Origin: Candidatus Dormiibacterota bacterium
Lineage (GTDB): Bacteria; Chloroflexota; Dormibacteria; Aeolococcales; Bog-877
Direction: 5' to 3'
Assembly (NCBI GenBank): GCA_027306655.1
Contig: DAHUZL010000143.1
Span: 10,645 to 74,644 of the forward strand
Length of the DNA stretch: 64,000 nucleotides
Below the pieces are notes generated by a model that was given only the letters and a program-made list of their open reading frames with translations, made no database searches and was not told the DNA's origin. The position numbers and the translations under genes are program-made. Positions 17,961 to 27,840 of the stretch are shown here, piece by piece; within the stretch, counting starts at the first letter, position 1; the number at the start of each line of letters is the position of its first letter.

Positions 17961-19031
17961 GTGAGCCGCCGGCTCCTCGGCGCTCTGCTGGTCGGCGCCG
18001 CGCTGGCGGTGCCGGTCCGCCCGGTGGCCGCCCGCGCGGCGGGCGCACCGGGATGCCTTCGGGTGACGGTGGCCGCGGTGCCCGTCGGAGCGATCCCGGC
18101 CGGCACCCCGGTCCACCTGCGGGCCGTGGCCCACTGCCGACCGCGATCCCACCCCCGCTTCGCGTTCTTCGTGCGGGCCGGGACGGTCGGGCGGTTCGTG
18201 CTCCTCCGGGGCTGGGGCCGAGCCGCGCTCCGCTGGCGGACCGCGAGCGACTGGCCGGGGACGTGGAGGGTCGCGCTGTGGGTGCGGGCGGGCTCGGGTC
18301 CCGGGGTGACCGCGGCCGCGGGGCTCTCGGTCACGCTGACCGACGGCATCGCCGGCCGGCCCCGGCCCGGCGCGGGCGCTCGGTCGCGTCTGAATCCGGC
18401 CGCCAATGTCGGGCTCGGGCCCGACTTCCGGCGGGTCTGCGCCGAGGCGGGATCGGGATCGCCACGATGTCGGGCCGCGGTGCTGGCCGCGATCGACCGC
18501 GCCCGCGGGGCCGAGGGCCTGCCCGCGCTCCAGCTGCCTCTCGCCGTCGAGCGCCTGACCCCAGCCGAGCTCCTGCTCGTGCTCACCGACGAGGAGCGGA
18601 TCGCGCGGGGCCTGGCCCCGGTCCTCGGGCTCAGCCCCGGGCTCGACGGGGTCGCGGCGGCGGCCGCCCGCCGCGGGGCCGACGTTGGCGTTCCCGCGGC
18701 GGCCGGTCCCGACCGGGTGGTTCAGGGCGGCACCACCTGGGCCCGTGACCTGGGGCCGCTGGCCGCCCTCTACGACTGGATGTACGAGGACGGCGCCGGC
18801 CCGGTCAATCTCGACTGCCCGACCCCGGGCGGCCCGGGCTGCTGGGGGCACCGCGACACGATCCTGCGCCGGGAGCCGGCCGGTCCGTCCGTCTGGCTGG
18901 TGATGGGGGCGGCGCAGGCCCGCTGGCCCCTGACCGGCGGGGTCAGCGACGTCGAGATCGTGGCGGCGGTGCGGGGCCCGCGTCCGCCCCTCCTCTTCAC
19001 GTGGGCCGAGGCGACCCGGCTCGGCTTCTGA
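17961..19031 (+). CDS. Secreted protein with Ig-like N-terminal part and CAP(SCP)-like domain
   Basis: Signal peptide; AIDRARGAEGLPAL, WMYEDG, CWGHRDTIL; start uncertain. Confidence 0.6.
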   Translation: MSRRLLGALLVGAALAVPVRPVAARAAGAPGCLRVTVAAVPVGAIPAGTPVHLRAVAHCRPRSHPRFAFFVRAGTVGRFVLLRGWGRAALRWRTASDWPGTWRVALWVRAGSGPGVTAAAGLSVTLTDGIAGRPRPGAGARSRLNPAANVGLGPDFRRVCAEAGSGSPRCRAAVLAAIDRARGAEGLPALQLPLAVERLTPAELLLVLTDEERIARGLAPVLGLSPGLDGVAAAAARRGADVGVPAAAGPDRVVQGGTTWARDLGPLAALYDWMYEDGAGPVNLDCPTPGGPGCWGHRDTILRREPAGPSVWLVMGAAQARWPLTGGVSDVEIVAAVRGPRPPLLFTWAEATRLGF

Positions 19032-19165
19032 GGCGACCCGGTGGCAGGCCGGCGGTCGAGGTCGCCCGGCCGCACCCGCGGCGCCCCTCGGCGGACGCTT
19101 GTATCCATGTATATTTGCGTCGCCGATGGAGAGGGACGGGCGGCTCAGGAGGGGTGGGGTGGCGG

Positions 19166-19894
19166 GTGGCTGATCGGGAGCCCATCACGGGCTCGCTGCC
19201 GGGCGCCGCCTGGCCCGGCCGCGTCGAGCGGACCTCGGTCGCCGACGGGGTGTACCTGTCGCTGCGGGATGCGGTGGTGGATGGCCGCCTCGGCCCCGCG
19301 ACCCGCCTCGGCGAGCAGGGGCTGGCGGCGCAGTTCCGCGTGAGCCGCACCCCCGTGCGTCAGGCGCTCCGACGCCTGGAGCAGCGCCGACTGGTGTCCG
19401 CGCTCCCCACCGGCGGCTACCAGGTGACCGCCTGGGGGCCGAGCGATGTGCGCGCCCTCTATCGGGTCCGGGCGGTGCTCGAGTGCCTGGTCGCCGGGGA
19501 GGCGGCAGTGCGCGCCACCTCCGTGGAGGTGGCCGGCCTGACCCGGGCGGCCGAGCGGGCGGGAGCGCCGGCGCTGGGGGACGCGTCGGCCGCGGGGGCC
19601 CGGGGCTTTCACCGGGCGGTGGCACGGGTCGCGGGGATCCAGCTGGCCACCGACCTGCTCGAGGACATCGCCGACCACGAGGACCGCTACCGCCGACAGA
19701 CCGCCGCCGACGCGGACCGGCAGATCCGCGCCCGCGACGAGCATCACCACATCGTGGCCGAGATCCGGGCCGGCGACCGCAACGGCGCGGAGCAGGCGAC
19801 GACCGCTCACCTGGAGGCGGCCGCCGCATTCGCCCTGGCAGTGCTGGCCGGTGACGCCGGCCGGTCTCCGGCGCCGGGAGGGCGCGATGCGTAG
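19166..19894 (+). CDS. GntR (FadR/FCD) family transcriptional regulator
   Basis: LAAQFRVSRTPVRQALRRL HTH, LYRVRAVLE, FH, EH...HL; start uncertain. Confidence 0.88.
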   Translation: MADREPITGSLPGAAWPGRVERTSVADGVYLSLRDAVVDGRLGPATRLGEQGLAAQFRVSRTPVRQALRRLEQRRLVSALPTGGYQVTAWGPSDVRALYRVRAVLECLVAGEAAVRATSVEVAGLTRAAERAGAPALGDASAAGARGFHRAVARVAGIQLATDLLEDIADHEDRYRRQTAADADRQIRARDEHHHIVAEIRAGDRNGAEQATTAHLEAAAAFALAVLAGDAGRSPAPGGRDA

Positions 19895-21092
19895 TCGCGC
19901 GGACGGCTCCCTGCCCCTCGCCGGTGTGCGCGTCCTCGACCTCGCCACCATGATGGCCGCTCCGGCCACCGCGTGCTACCTGGGCGAGTTCGGGGCCGAC
20001 GTGATCAAGGTGGAGAAGCCGAAGGAGGGCGACCCGCAGCGGGCGTGGGGCACCCGCAAGGGCGGGCAGGCGCTGTTCTGGAAGGCGATCAGCCGCAACA
20101 AGCGGTCGCTCACCCTGGACCTTCGCACCGCCGACGGCGCCGACATCCTCCGCCGGCTGGTGCCCACCGCTGACGTCGTCATCGCCAACTTCCGCCCCGG
20201 CACCCTCGAGGCGTGGGGCCTCGGGTATGACGACCTCGCCGGTCTCAATCCCGGGCTGGTGATGCTGGAGGTGTCGGCATTCGGCCGCCGCGGCGCGCTG
20301 GCACGGCGGCCGGGGTTCGGCACCCTGGCGGAGGCGCGCTCCGGGTTCGCCCATCTCAACGGCGACCCCGCGGGGCCGCCCACTCTGCCCAACATGGGCT
20401 TGGCCGACGGGGTGGCGGGGGTCATGGGGGCGTTCGCGGTGATGGTGGCGCTCTACCACCGCGACCGCGGTGACGGCCTCGGCCAGCGCATCGACCTCAA
20501 CCTCTGCGACCCGGTGCTCCGGCTGCTGGAGCCGTCGCTCCTGGACTGGGACCAGCTCCGGATGCGCGGGGAGCGCACCGGCAGCCGCAGCGTCCACGTG
20601 GCGCCCCGGAACGTCTACCGCTGCGGCGACAACCGCTGGGTGGCGCTGTCGGCCAGTGCGCCTTCGATCGTGCGGCGGGTCTTCGCCGCGATCGGTCGGC
20701 CCGAGCTGGCCGACGACGCCCGCTTCGCCACCAACGAGGCGCGGCTTGCCCACACGGAGGAGCTGGACCGGATCCTGGCAACCTGGATGGCTGCGCGGCC
20801 GTCCGCGGAGGTGATCGAGGAGATGGAGCGAGCCCAGGCCGCGGTCGGACCGGTCCACGATATCCCCGAGGTGATGGCGGACGCCAACGCCCAGGACCGG
20901 GAGGCGTTCGTGACGGTCCTCGACCCGGACCTGGGGCCGATGCGGCTCGTCAATGTCGCCGCGCGGCTGAGCCGGACCCCGGGCGTCGTGCGCCACACCG
21001 GCCCCCGCCTGGGCGCCCACACCGAGGAGATCCTCGCCGAGCTGGGGCTCCTCGATCGCCTCGAGTCGCTGCGGGCCGCCGGGGTCGTGTGA
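19887..21092 (+). CDS. Class III CoA-transferase (CaiB/BaiF family)
   Basis: LAGVRVLDL, GADVIKVE, RNKRSLTLDL, NFRPG, conserved Asp in GLAD, PRLGAHT. Confidence 0.93.
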   Translation: MRSRADGSLPLAGVRVLDLATMMAAPATACYLGEFGADVIKVEKPKEGDPQRAWGTRKGGQALFWKAISRNKRSLTLDLRTADGADILRRLVPTADVVIANFRPGTLEAWGLGYDDLAGLNPGLVMLEVSAFGRRGALARRPGFGTLAEARSGFAHLNGDPAGPPTLPNMGLADGVAGVMGAFAVMVALYHRDRGDGLGQRIDLNLCDPVLRLLEPSLLDWDQLRMRGERTGSRSVHVAPRNVYRCGDNRWVALSASAPSIVRRVFAAIGRPELADDARFATNEARLAHTEELDRILATWMAARPSAEVIEEMERAQAAVGPVHDIPEVMADANAQDREAFVTVLDPDLGPMRLVNVAARLSRTPGVVRHTGPRLGAHTEEILAELGLLDRLESLRAAGVV

Positions 21093-21982
21093 TGGGCACC
21101 CCGCTGCGCAGCCTCCTCTTCGCCCCCGCCATCCACGACCGCCACAGCCGCAAGGCGCTCGGCTCGTCCGCCGACGCCGCCATCCTCGACCTGGAGGACG
21201 CCGTCGCTGAGGCGGACAAGCCCGCGGCGCGGCAGGCCGCCGGGGCGCTCCTGCGTGAGCGAGACCCCAGAGGTCCGCTGGCGCTGGTGCGGATCAACGC
21301 GCTCGCGACCGTCCATGCCCACCCCGACCTCCTCCATGTGGTGGGACCGGGGTTGGGGGGGATCGTCCTCCCCAAGGCGGAGTCGGCCGCCGACGTCACC
21401 GTGCTGGCGTGGATGCTGGAGCAGCTGGAGCGGGAGCGCGGGCTGGCCCCGGGGACGGTGGCGATCCTGCCGATCGTCGAGACCGCCCGCGGGGTCACCG
21501 ACGCCGCCGCGATCGCGGCCGCGTCCCCACGGGTGCGGACGCTCAACTTCGGGGTCGGCGACTTCACCCTCGACACCGGGATGGCCCCGGAGCGCGACAA
21601 CCCCGGTGTCCTCTGGGCCCGCACCCGGGTGGTGGTGGCCTGCCGGGTCGCCGGGGTGGAGGCCCCGGTGGACACCGCCCACCTCACCCTGGACGATCCC
21701 GAGGGGCTGGAGCACGAGGCGCAGATGGCGCGCCGGCTGGGCTTCCAGGGCAAGGCGTGCATCCACCCCGACCAGGTGGCGGTGGCGAACCGCGTCTTCG
21801 CCCCCACCCCGGACGAGGTGGCCCGGGCCCGAGCGATCGTGGACGGCTTCGCGGCGGCCGGCGCGGCCGGGGTGGCGGCGCTGCGGGTGGGGTCGGACTT
21901 CGTCGACCGACCGATCGCGGCTCGGGCCGAGCGCACCCTCGCGCTGGCCCGAGCCGTCGCCGCCGGGGAGCGGGATCGGTGA
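21092..21982 (+). CDS. CitE/malyl-CoA/citramalyl-CoA lyase-like CoA-ester lyase
   Basis: RSLLFAP, ILDLEDAV, VRIN, LPKAE, IVET, GFQGKACIHP. Confidence 0.9.
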   Translation: MGTPLRSLLFAPAIHDRHSRKALGSSADAAILDLEDAVAEADKPAARQAAGALLRERDPRGPLALVRINALATVHAHPDLLHVVGPGLGGIVLPKAESAADVTVLAWMLEQLERERGLAPGTVAILPIVETARGVTDAAAIAAASPRVRTLNFGVGDFTLDTGMAPERDNPGVLWARTRVVVACRVAGVEAPVDTAHLTLDDPEGLEHEAQMARRLGFQGKACIHPDQVAVANRVFAPTPDEVARARAIVDGFAAAGAAGVAALRVGSDFVDRPIAARAERTLALARAVAAGERDR

Positions 21983-22854
21983 CGATCTTCTGGCTCTCGG
22001 TGGGGTTCGGCCTGGTCACCGCCTCGGTGCTGGCGCTGGCCTCGGTCGGGCTCAGCCTGCAGTTCGGCGTCACCAACTACGTCAACTTCGCCTACGGTGC
22101 CTTCCTCACCCTGGGCGCCTACTTCGCCTGGACGGTGCTCACCGGGGGCCATCTGCCGCTGGGCCTGGCGATCGTGATCGGCGCCCTCGGCGTGGGTGTC
22201 GTGGGGGTGCTCTGCGACCGGATCGTCTTCCGCTCCTTCACCCGCAGCGGGTTCCCGCTCTTCTACCTGCTCATCGTCAGCTTCGGGGTGAGCCTGATCC
22301 TTGGCAACGTGGTCCAGGGCGTGTGGGGACCGAGCCCGCAGTTCTTCGCGGTGGTGTCGCAGTTCCCGCTCCACATCGGGCCGTTCCTGCTCACCCCGGC
22401 GCAGCTGGTGATCATCGGGGTGGCGATCGTGAGCATGGTGGGTGTCCACCTCCTGCTCACCCGCACCCGCCTGGGCAAGGCGATGCGGGCGATGTCGGAC
22501 AATCCCGCCCTGGCCCAGGTCAGCGGCATCGACATCAACCGGGTCACCACCTGGGCCTGGTTCATCAGCGGGAGCCTGGCCGGTCTCGCCGGCATCGCCC
22601 TCGCCATCAGCACCGCCAGCTTCGAGCCCGGATTCGGCGAGAACTTCCTCTTCACCATCTTCGCGGCGGTGATCGTGGGCGGAATCGGACAGCCCTACGG
22701 GGCGATGCTGGGCGCCTTCCTGATCGGGATGGTGACCGAGGTGTCGGCGGCCTTCATCGACCCCTCCTACAGCACCGACCTCGCCTTCGTCGTGCTGATC
22801 GTGATGCTGCTGCTCCGGCCCCAGGGGCTGATCCCGGCGCGGGGGAAGGCGTAG
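21979..22854 (+). CDS. Branched-chain amino acid-type ABC transporter permease (LivH-like)
   Basis: GLSLQFGVTNYVNFAYG, TRLGKAMRA, VIVGGIG, RPQGL. Confidence 0.9.
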   Translation: MTIFWLSVGFGLVTASVLALASVGLSLQFGVTNYVNFAYGAFLTLGAYFAWTVLTGGHLPLGLAIVIGALGVGVVGVLCDRIVFRSFTRSGFPLFYLLIVSFGVSLILGNVVQGVWGPSPQFFAVVSQFPLHIGPFLLTPAQLVIIGVAIVSMVGVHLLLTRTRLGKAMRAMSDNPALAQVSGIDINRVTTWAWFISGSLAGLAGIALAISTASFEPGFGENFLFTIFAAVIVGGIGQPYGAMLGAFLIGMVTEVSAAFIDPSYSTDLAFVVLIVMLLLRPQGLIPARGKA

Positions 22855-23850
22855 ATGGCGGCCATCGTCTTCTACCTCGCCACCGTCGTCAACTACTTCT
22901 TCATCTACAACATCCTCGCCTGGGGGCTGAACATCCAGTTCGGCTACGCCGGCATCCTCGACTTCACCTACATCACCTTCATGGCGGTGGGCGCGTACGT
23001 CGCCGGGGTCACGTCGCTGGGACCGCAGCAGCCCGGCACCGGCGTCGTCTACATCCTCGGCTGGCACCTGCCCTTCCCGATCCCGATCCTGCTGGGGGGG
23101 CTGGCGGCCGCGGTCCTCGGCCTCATCGTCGGGCTGCTCGCGATCAACCGCCTGCGCAGCGACTACCTGGCGATCGTGACCCTGTCGGTGGGGATCATCC
23201 TCTACAGCCTGGTGGGCAACCTGACCGGCCTCTTCGACGGCTTCGACGGGCTGGTCGGGGTGCCCGAACCGCTCAACGGCCAGGTCCACCTCGGCGTCAA
23301 CACCTACAGCATCTTTTACATGGCGGTGAGCGGCGCGGTGATGCTGCTGCTCTGGTTCTTCGCCCAGCGGCTGCGGGCGTCGCCGCTGGGGCGGACGATG
23401 CGGGCGATTCGTGAGGACGTCGACGTGGCCGAGGCCTTTGGCAAGAACACCTTCCGGATCCGGCTTTCGGCGATGGTGATCGGCTGTTTCTACGCCGGGG
23501 TCGGCGGGGCCCTCCTGATCGGATTCGTGGGCGCCTTCAGCCCCGACGGCTGGTCGACCCAGGAGACCTTCATCATCTGGGCGATCCTCCTCATCGGCGG
23601 CCGCGGCAACAACTGGGGATCGGTGGTCGGCTCCTTCCTCGTCATCGCCCTGCTCTCCGAGGCCACCCGCTACCTCCCCACCATCCCCAACAACGCCTTC
23701 CTGGAGCCGGCCCTGCGCAACATCGTGATCGGGGCCGGGCTGATCGTGGTGCTTCGCTTCCGGCCGCAGGGGATCCTGCCCGAGCGCAAGGCGCACTTCC
23801 CCGAGATTCGCACCGCGGCCGCGCAAGCGGGGGACCCCGGTCGTGACTGA
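22855..23850 (+). CDS. ABC transporter permease (LivM-like)
   Basis: GLNIQFGYAG, RLRSDYLAIVT, GRTMRAIRED, RPQGI. Confidence 0.9.
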   Translation: MAAIVFYLATVVNYFFIYNILAWGLNIQFGYAGILDFTYITFMAVGAYVAGVTSLGPQQPGTGVVYILGWHLPFPIPILLGGLAAAVLGLIVGLLAINRLRSDYLAIVTLSVGIILYSLVGNLTGLFDGFDGLVGVPEPLNGQVHLGVNTYSIFYMAVSGAVMLLLWFFAQRLRASPLGRTMRAIREDVDVAEAFGKNTFRIRLSAMVIGCFYAGVGGALLIGFVGAFSPDGWSTQETFIIWAILLIGGRGNNWGSVVGSFLVIALLSEATRYLPTIPNNAFLEPALRNIVIGAGLIVVLRFRPQGILPERKAHFPEIRTAAAQAGDPGRD

Positions 23851-24631
23851 CGCCCCGATCCTGGAGGTGGAGAATGTCGCCCGCCACTTCGGCGGGCTCA
23901 AGGCCGTCGACGGCTGCAGCTTCAGCCTCCAGCCGGGGATGCTGGCCGCCCTGATCGGCCCCAACGGCGCCGGCAAGACCACCCTGGTCAACCTGGTGGC
24001 GGGAGCGCTGCCGCTCCATGCCGGCCGGATCCGCTTCCAGGGCACCGACATCAGCGGCTGGTCACCCCACCGGATCGCGGCCCAGGGTCTGGTGCGGACC
24101 TTCCAGATCTCGCGGGAGTGGCCCCGGCTGACGGTGCTGGAGAACCTCCTGGTGGCGGCCCCGGGTCAGCAGGGCGAACGGATCTGGAACGCCCTCCTGC
24201 GGCCCGGCCTCGGCCGCGCCGATGACCGCCGGCTGGTGGCGGAGGCGCTCGACACCCTCGACACCTTCGGCCTCTACGCGATGCGCAACGAGTACGCGGT
24301 GACCCTGAGCGGCGGCCAGAAGCGGCTCCTGGAGCTGGCCCGTGCGGTCATGAGCCACCCCCGGATGCTGCTCCTGGACGAGCCGATGGCGGGGGTGAAC
24401 CCCGCCCTCACCGACCAGCTGGCGCACCACATCGAGGCGCTCCGCCAGGGCGGCATCACCTTCCTCCTGGTCGAGCACAACCTGGAGTTCGTGGAGCGCA
24501 GCTGCGACCACGTGGTGGTGATGGCCCTGGGCCGGACCCTGGCCACCGGGCTGATGGCGGACCTCCGCCAGAACCCGGAGGTGGTGGGCGCCTACCTTGG
24601 AGGCGAGAGCGTTGAGCGCGTTGCAGGCTGA
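23843..24631 (+). CDS. ABC transporter ATP-binding protein (LivG-like)
   Basis: GPNGAGKT, RTFQ, LSGGQ, LLLDEP, VEH. Confidence 0.92.
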   Translation: MTDAPILEVENVARHFGGLKAVDGCSFSLQPGMLAALIGPNGAGKTTLVNLVAGALPLHAGRIRFQGTDISGWSPHRIAAQGLVRTFQISREWPRLTVLENLLVAAPGQQGERIWNALLRPGLGRADDRRLVAEALDTLDTFGLYAMRNEYAVTLSGGQKRLLELARAVMSHPRMLLLDEPMAGVNPALTDQLAHHIEALRQGGITFLLVEHNLEFVERSCDHVVVMALGRTLATGLMADLRQNPEVVGAYLGGESVERVAG

Positions 24632-25361
24632 GGGGCTGACGACCGGGTACGGGTCGGTCCCGGTGGTGTCGAACGTGTCGATGGAGGCCCGCAGCGGGGA
24701 GGTGGTGGTCCTGGTCGGGCCCAACGGCGCCGGCAAGTCGACCTTCCTCAAGGGGCTCTTCGGCCTCCTCCGCCACACCACGGGCCGGGTGGTGGTGGAC
24801 GGACGGGACGTCAGTGGCTGGCCGCCCCACCGGATCGCCCGCTGCGGGATGGCCTACGTGCCCCAGGTGAGCAACATCTTCCCCACCATGTCGGTGGTGG
24901 AGAACCTGGAGATCGGCGGCTTCGCGTCGGGGGGGGACGTGCGCCAGCGGATCGACGAGGTGCTGGCGATCTTCCCCGACCTCGCTCGCAGCCCCCGGGC
25001 CAAGGCCGGCAGCCTCAGCGGCGGCCAGCAGAACATCCTCGGGATGGCCCGCTCGCTGATGCTGTCGCCCAAGGTCGTGCTCCTGGACGAGCCCACCGCC
25101 GGGCTGGCCCCCCGCTATGTCGGCACCGTCTGGGAGCAGGTCGGCCGGTTGTCCACCGCCGGGACCGCGGTGATGGTGGTGGAGCAGAACGTGGAGCTGG
25201 CGATGCGCCACAGCGACCGGGTGTACGTGCTGGTGGCGGGGCGGGTGCGTCTCCACGGCACCCCCGAGGAGATCCGCCGTCACGATCTCACGGCCCTCTT
25301 CCTCGGCGGCGGCGCGACCCCCTCCGCCGAGGTGGGCGAACAGTCGATGCGATCGGTCTAG
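24612..25361 (+). CDS. ABC transporter ATP-binding protein (LivF-like)
   Basis: GPNGAGKS, LSGGQ, LLDEPTAGL, VEQN; TTG start assumed. Confidence 0.92.
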   Translation: MSALQAEGLTTGYGSVPVVSNVSMEARSGEVVVLVGPNGAGKSTFLKGLFGLLRHTTGRVVVDGRDVSGWPPHRIARCGMAYVPQVSNIFPTMSVVENLEIGGFASGGDVRQRIDEVLAIFPDLARSPRAKAGSLSGGQQNILGMARSLMLSPKVVLLDEPTAGLAPRYVGTVWEQVGRLSTAGTAVMVVEQNVELAMRHSDRVYVLVAGRVRLHGTPEEIRRHDLTALFLGGGATPSAEVGEQSMRSV

Positions 25362-25426
25362 TCAGGGAAGGGCCGGGCCAGGCCGGGATCCCCCGGCCGC
25401 CGGCTGCACATGAAGGAGGAGACCAG

Positions 25427-26689
25427 GTGAGAGCAAAGCGGGCGACGGCCGTCCTGGGGGCGGTCGCCGCGACCATCGTGCTGACCGCGCTGGGCGGGGC
25501 AGCTGCGGCGCGGGCGCCGCGGGCGCACACGTTCACGGGCACCCTCACGGTGGGGGAGCTGATGCCGATGTCGGGGGCGGAGGCGTTCGTGGGGCAGTGG
25601 TTCACCCATGGCGCGGCCGCCGGGATCCGGGCGGTCAACAACGCCGGCGGGGTGATGGGCCTCAAGCTGACCAGCGTCCTGGAGGACACCGCCGGCGACC
25701 CGGTCGACGCGGTGCCGGCGTTCCACGCCCTCCTCACCCACAACCCCAACTTCGTGGTGGGGCCGTCGTCGCTGGAGATCCTCGCCGTCATCAAGTACTT
25801 CCGGGCCTCCAACCTGCCCGACTTCATGGAGGGCGGCACCACCGCGCTCGACCACATGAACTACCCGTACGTGTTCCGGATGTTCCCGTCCGACAGCAGC
25901 CTGCTCGCCAGCGAGGCCTACTACGCGCTCCACGTGCTGGGCTGCCGGCGCGCCGGCCTGATGTACGAGGACTCCACCAACGCCCAGGATGAGGTGCCGC
26001 CGCTGGTGGCGGCCTACACCGGCAACGGGGGCAAGATCGTGGCCAACCTCAAGCTGGAGCCCAACGCCACCTCCTACCTGACCGAGGTGGCCGACGTCTT
26101 CGCCCAGCACCCGCAGTGCGTCTTCTTCCACGCCACCCCGGCGGAGATGAGCACGCTCTCAGGCAACCTCCAGGAGGAGGGACACCTCAACGTCCATTTC
26201 ATCACCGGTGACACCGGGACCGCGATCCAGCTGGCCCAGGCGATGGGTCTCAAGTTCGCCTCCAAGTGGCTGACCGGGATGACCGGGGGCTCGGTGGACG
26301 CCCCCGCCTACAAGGCCTTCATCAGCGCCTACCAGCAGGTCTGGCACACCACCAAGCCGCTGCCGGCGACCGAGGCGATGTACGACGCGGTGGTGGTGCC
26401 CGCGCTGGCGATCACCCTGGCTGGGACCACCAATGCCCGGGTCTGGGTCAAGGACGTGACCCGGGTCAGCAACCCCCCCGGGACCCCCTGCTACACCTAT
26501 CCCAGCTGCGTCGCCCTGATCAACGCCCACCGCAAGATCAACTACCAGGGCGCCGGCAGCAACGTGGACTTCAACCGCTACCACAACGTCTTCACCCCAC
26601 TCACCGTGGAGGGGTGGACCAGCTCCGGCCGGCTCCGCACGATCTACACCGTGACCACCAACCAGCAGGCGCTGATGTACCGGCACTGA
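25427..26689 (+). CDS. ABC transporter substrate-binding protein (LivK/PBP1 type)
   Basis: SD AGGAGG, signal peptide, MPMSG...AVNNAGG, EDTAGDP, YVFR, YDAV. Confidence 0.88.
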   Translation: MRAKRATAVLGAVAATIVLTALGGAAAARAPRAHTFTGTLTVGELMPMSGAEAFVGQWFTHGAAAGIRAVNNAGGVMGLKLTSVLEDTAGDPVDAVPAFHALLTHNPNFVVGPSSLEILAVIKYFRASNLPDFMEGGTTALDHMNYPYVFRMFPSDSSLLASEAYYALHVLGCRRAGLMYEDSTNAQDEVPPLVAAYTGNGGKIVANLKLEPNATSYLTEVADVFAQHPQCVFFHATPAEMSTLSGNLQEEGHLNVHFITGDTGTAIQLAQAMGLKFASKWLTGMTGGSVDAPAYKAFISAYQQVWHTTKPLPATEAMYDAVVVPALAITLAGTTNARVWVKDVTRVSNPPGTPCYTYPSCVALINAHRKINYQGAGSNVDFNRYHNVFTPLTVEGWTSSGRLRTIYTVTTNQQALMYRH

Positions 26690-26791
26690 GTGCCAGGCGG
26701 GGCGATCCTCGCCCAGGAGGGCGGCCACGCGGCCGCCCTCCCGACCGCCCCCGCCGGCGCCCAGCCCGAGCGCGGACGCACCCGGGCGGTG

Positions 26792-26801
26792 TGGTATACC
26801 A
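26792..26801. promoter_or_regulatory. Palindrome TGGTATACCA, candidate GntR/FadR operator
   Basis: Perfect 10-bp palindrome upstream of the lyase/GntR pair; a related TGTAT-containing stretch lies at ~19100-19114 upstream of the first GntR. Confidence 0.55.
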
Positions 26802-26838
26802 GCGTTGCGGTGGCGGCAGTGACAGGGGGCGCGCACAG

Positions 26839-27840
26839 ATGACGCCGGTGACGGTGGCGGACGTGTTCTGCCGCGACGGCCTGCAGGCGCTCCGTCACGA
26901 GTCGGGGTGGCGGGTGCCCACCACCGCGGAGAAGGTCGAGGTCATCGGCGCCCTCGACCGGGCCGGGGTGGCCGAGATCGAGATCACCGGCTTTGCCCAC
27001 CCGCGCGTGATCCCGAGCCTCGCCGATGCGGAGGAGGTGGCGCGCGCGGTCCTCGCCGCGCCTCACCAGGCCGTCTTCCGAGCCCTGGTGCCCAACCTGC
27101 GGGGCGCGGAGCGGGCCCTCGACGCCGGGCTGGGCAAGCTGGTCGGGCTGGTGGTTCTGAGCGAAACCTATGAGCGTCTGAACGCCAACCGCTCGGTGGC
27201 GGAGGGCCTGGACGAGCTCGACCGGGTCGCCCGGCGGGCGGCCCGCGACGGGGCCACCCTGGCGGTCGGCGTCGCCACCGCGTTCCACTGCCCCTACGAG
27301 GGGCTGGAGCCGGAGGCGGCGCTGCTCCAGCTGCTGGAGCGCGTCGCCGCCTGCGGCGTCACCGAGGTCGTGCTCGCCGACAGCGTCGGCCTGGCCGGGC
27401 CCAGGCTGGTGCGGGAGCGGTGCGCCGCGGTGCGCGCCCGCTTCCCCCGGCTCGGGCTGGGGCTGCACCTGCACAACCTGGGCGGTCTCGCCCTCGCCTG
27501 CGCCCTCGCCGCGGCGGAGTCCGGCGTCGACCGATTCGACGGCTCGGTCGGCGGCTTCGGCAGCGGGATCACGATGCCGGTGGCGGCGGCTCGGATCGGC
27601 AACGTGGCGACCGAGGACCTGGTGGCGCTGTTCGAGGGCTCCGGCTTCTCCACCGGGATCGACCCCGCCGCCATCAGCGCGCTGGGCGCGTCCGTGCAGC
27701 GGATGCTGGGCGCTCCCGGCGGCAGCTACGCGGCCGGGTACGGGACGGTGGCCCAGGTGCTGGCGCAGGGACGCGAGGCGCTGCCCGCCCTGCGAGCGGC
27801 TCCGCCCGGGTCCTCCCGCCGCCAGGAGGTCGCGCCATGA
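26839..27840 (+). CDS. HMG-CoA lyase-like (DRE-TIM) enzyme
   Basis: RDGLQ, LVPNLRG, AFHCPYEG, LADSVG, HLHN, GNVATED. Confidence 0.88.
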   Translation: MTPVTVADVFCRDGLQALRHESGWRVPTTAEKVEVIGALDRAGVAEIEITGFAHPRVIPSLADAEEVARAVLAAPHQAVFRALVPNLRGAERALDAGLGKLVGLVVLSETYERLNANRSVAEGLDELDRVARRAARDGATLAVGVATAFHCPYEGLEPEAALLQLLERVAACGVTEVVLADSVGLAGPRLVRERCAAVRARFPRLGLGLHLHNLGGLALACALAAAESGVDRFDGSVGGFGSGITMPVAAARIGNVATEDLVALFEGSGFSTGIDPAAISALGASVQRMLGAPGGSYAAGYGTVAQVLAQGREALPALRAAPPGSSRRQEVAP

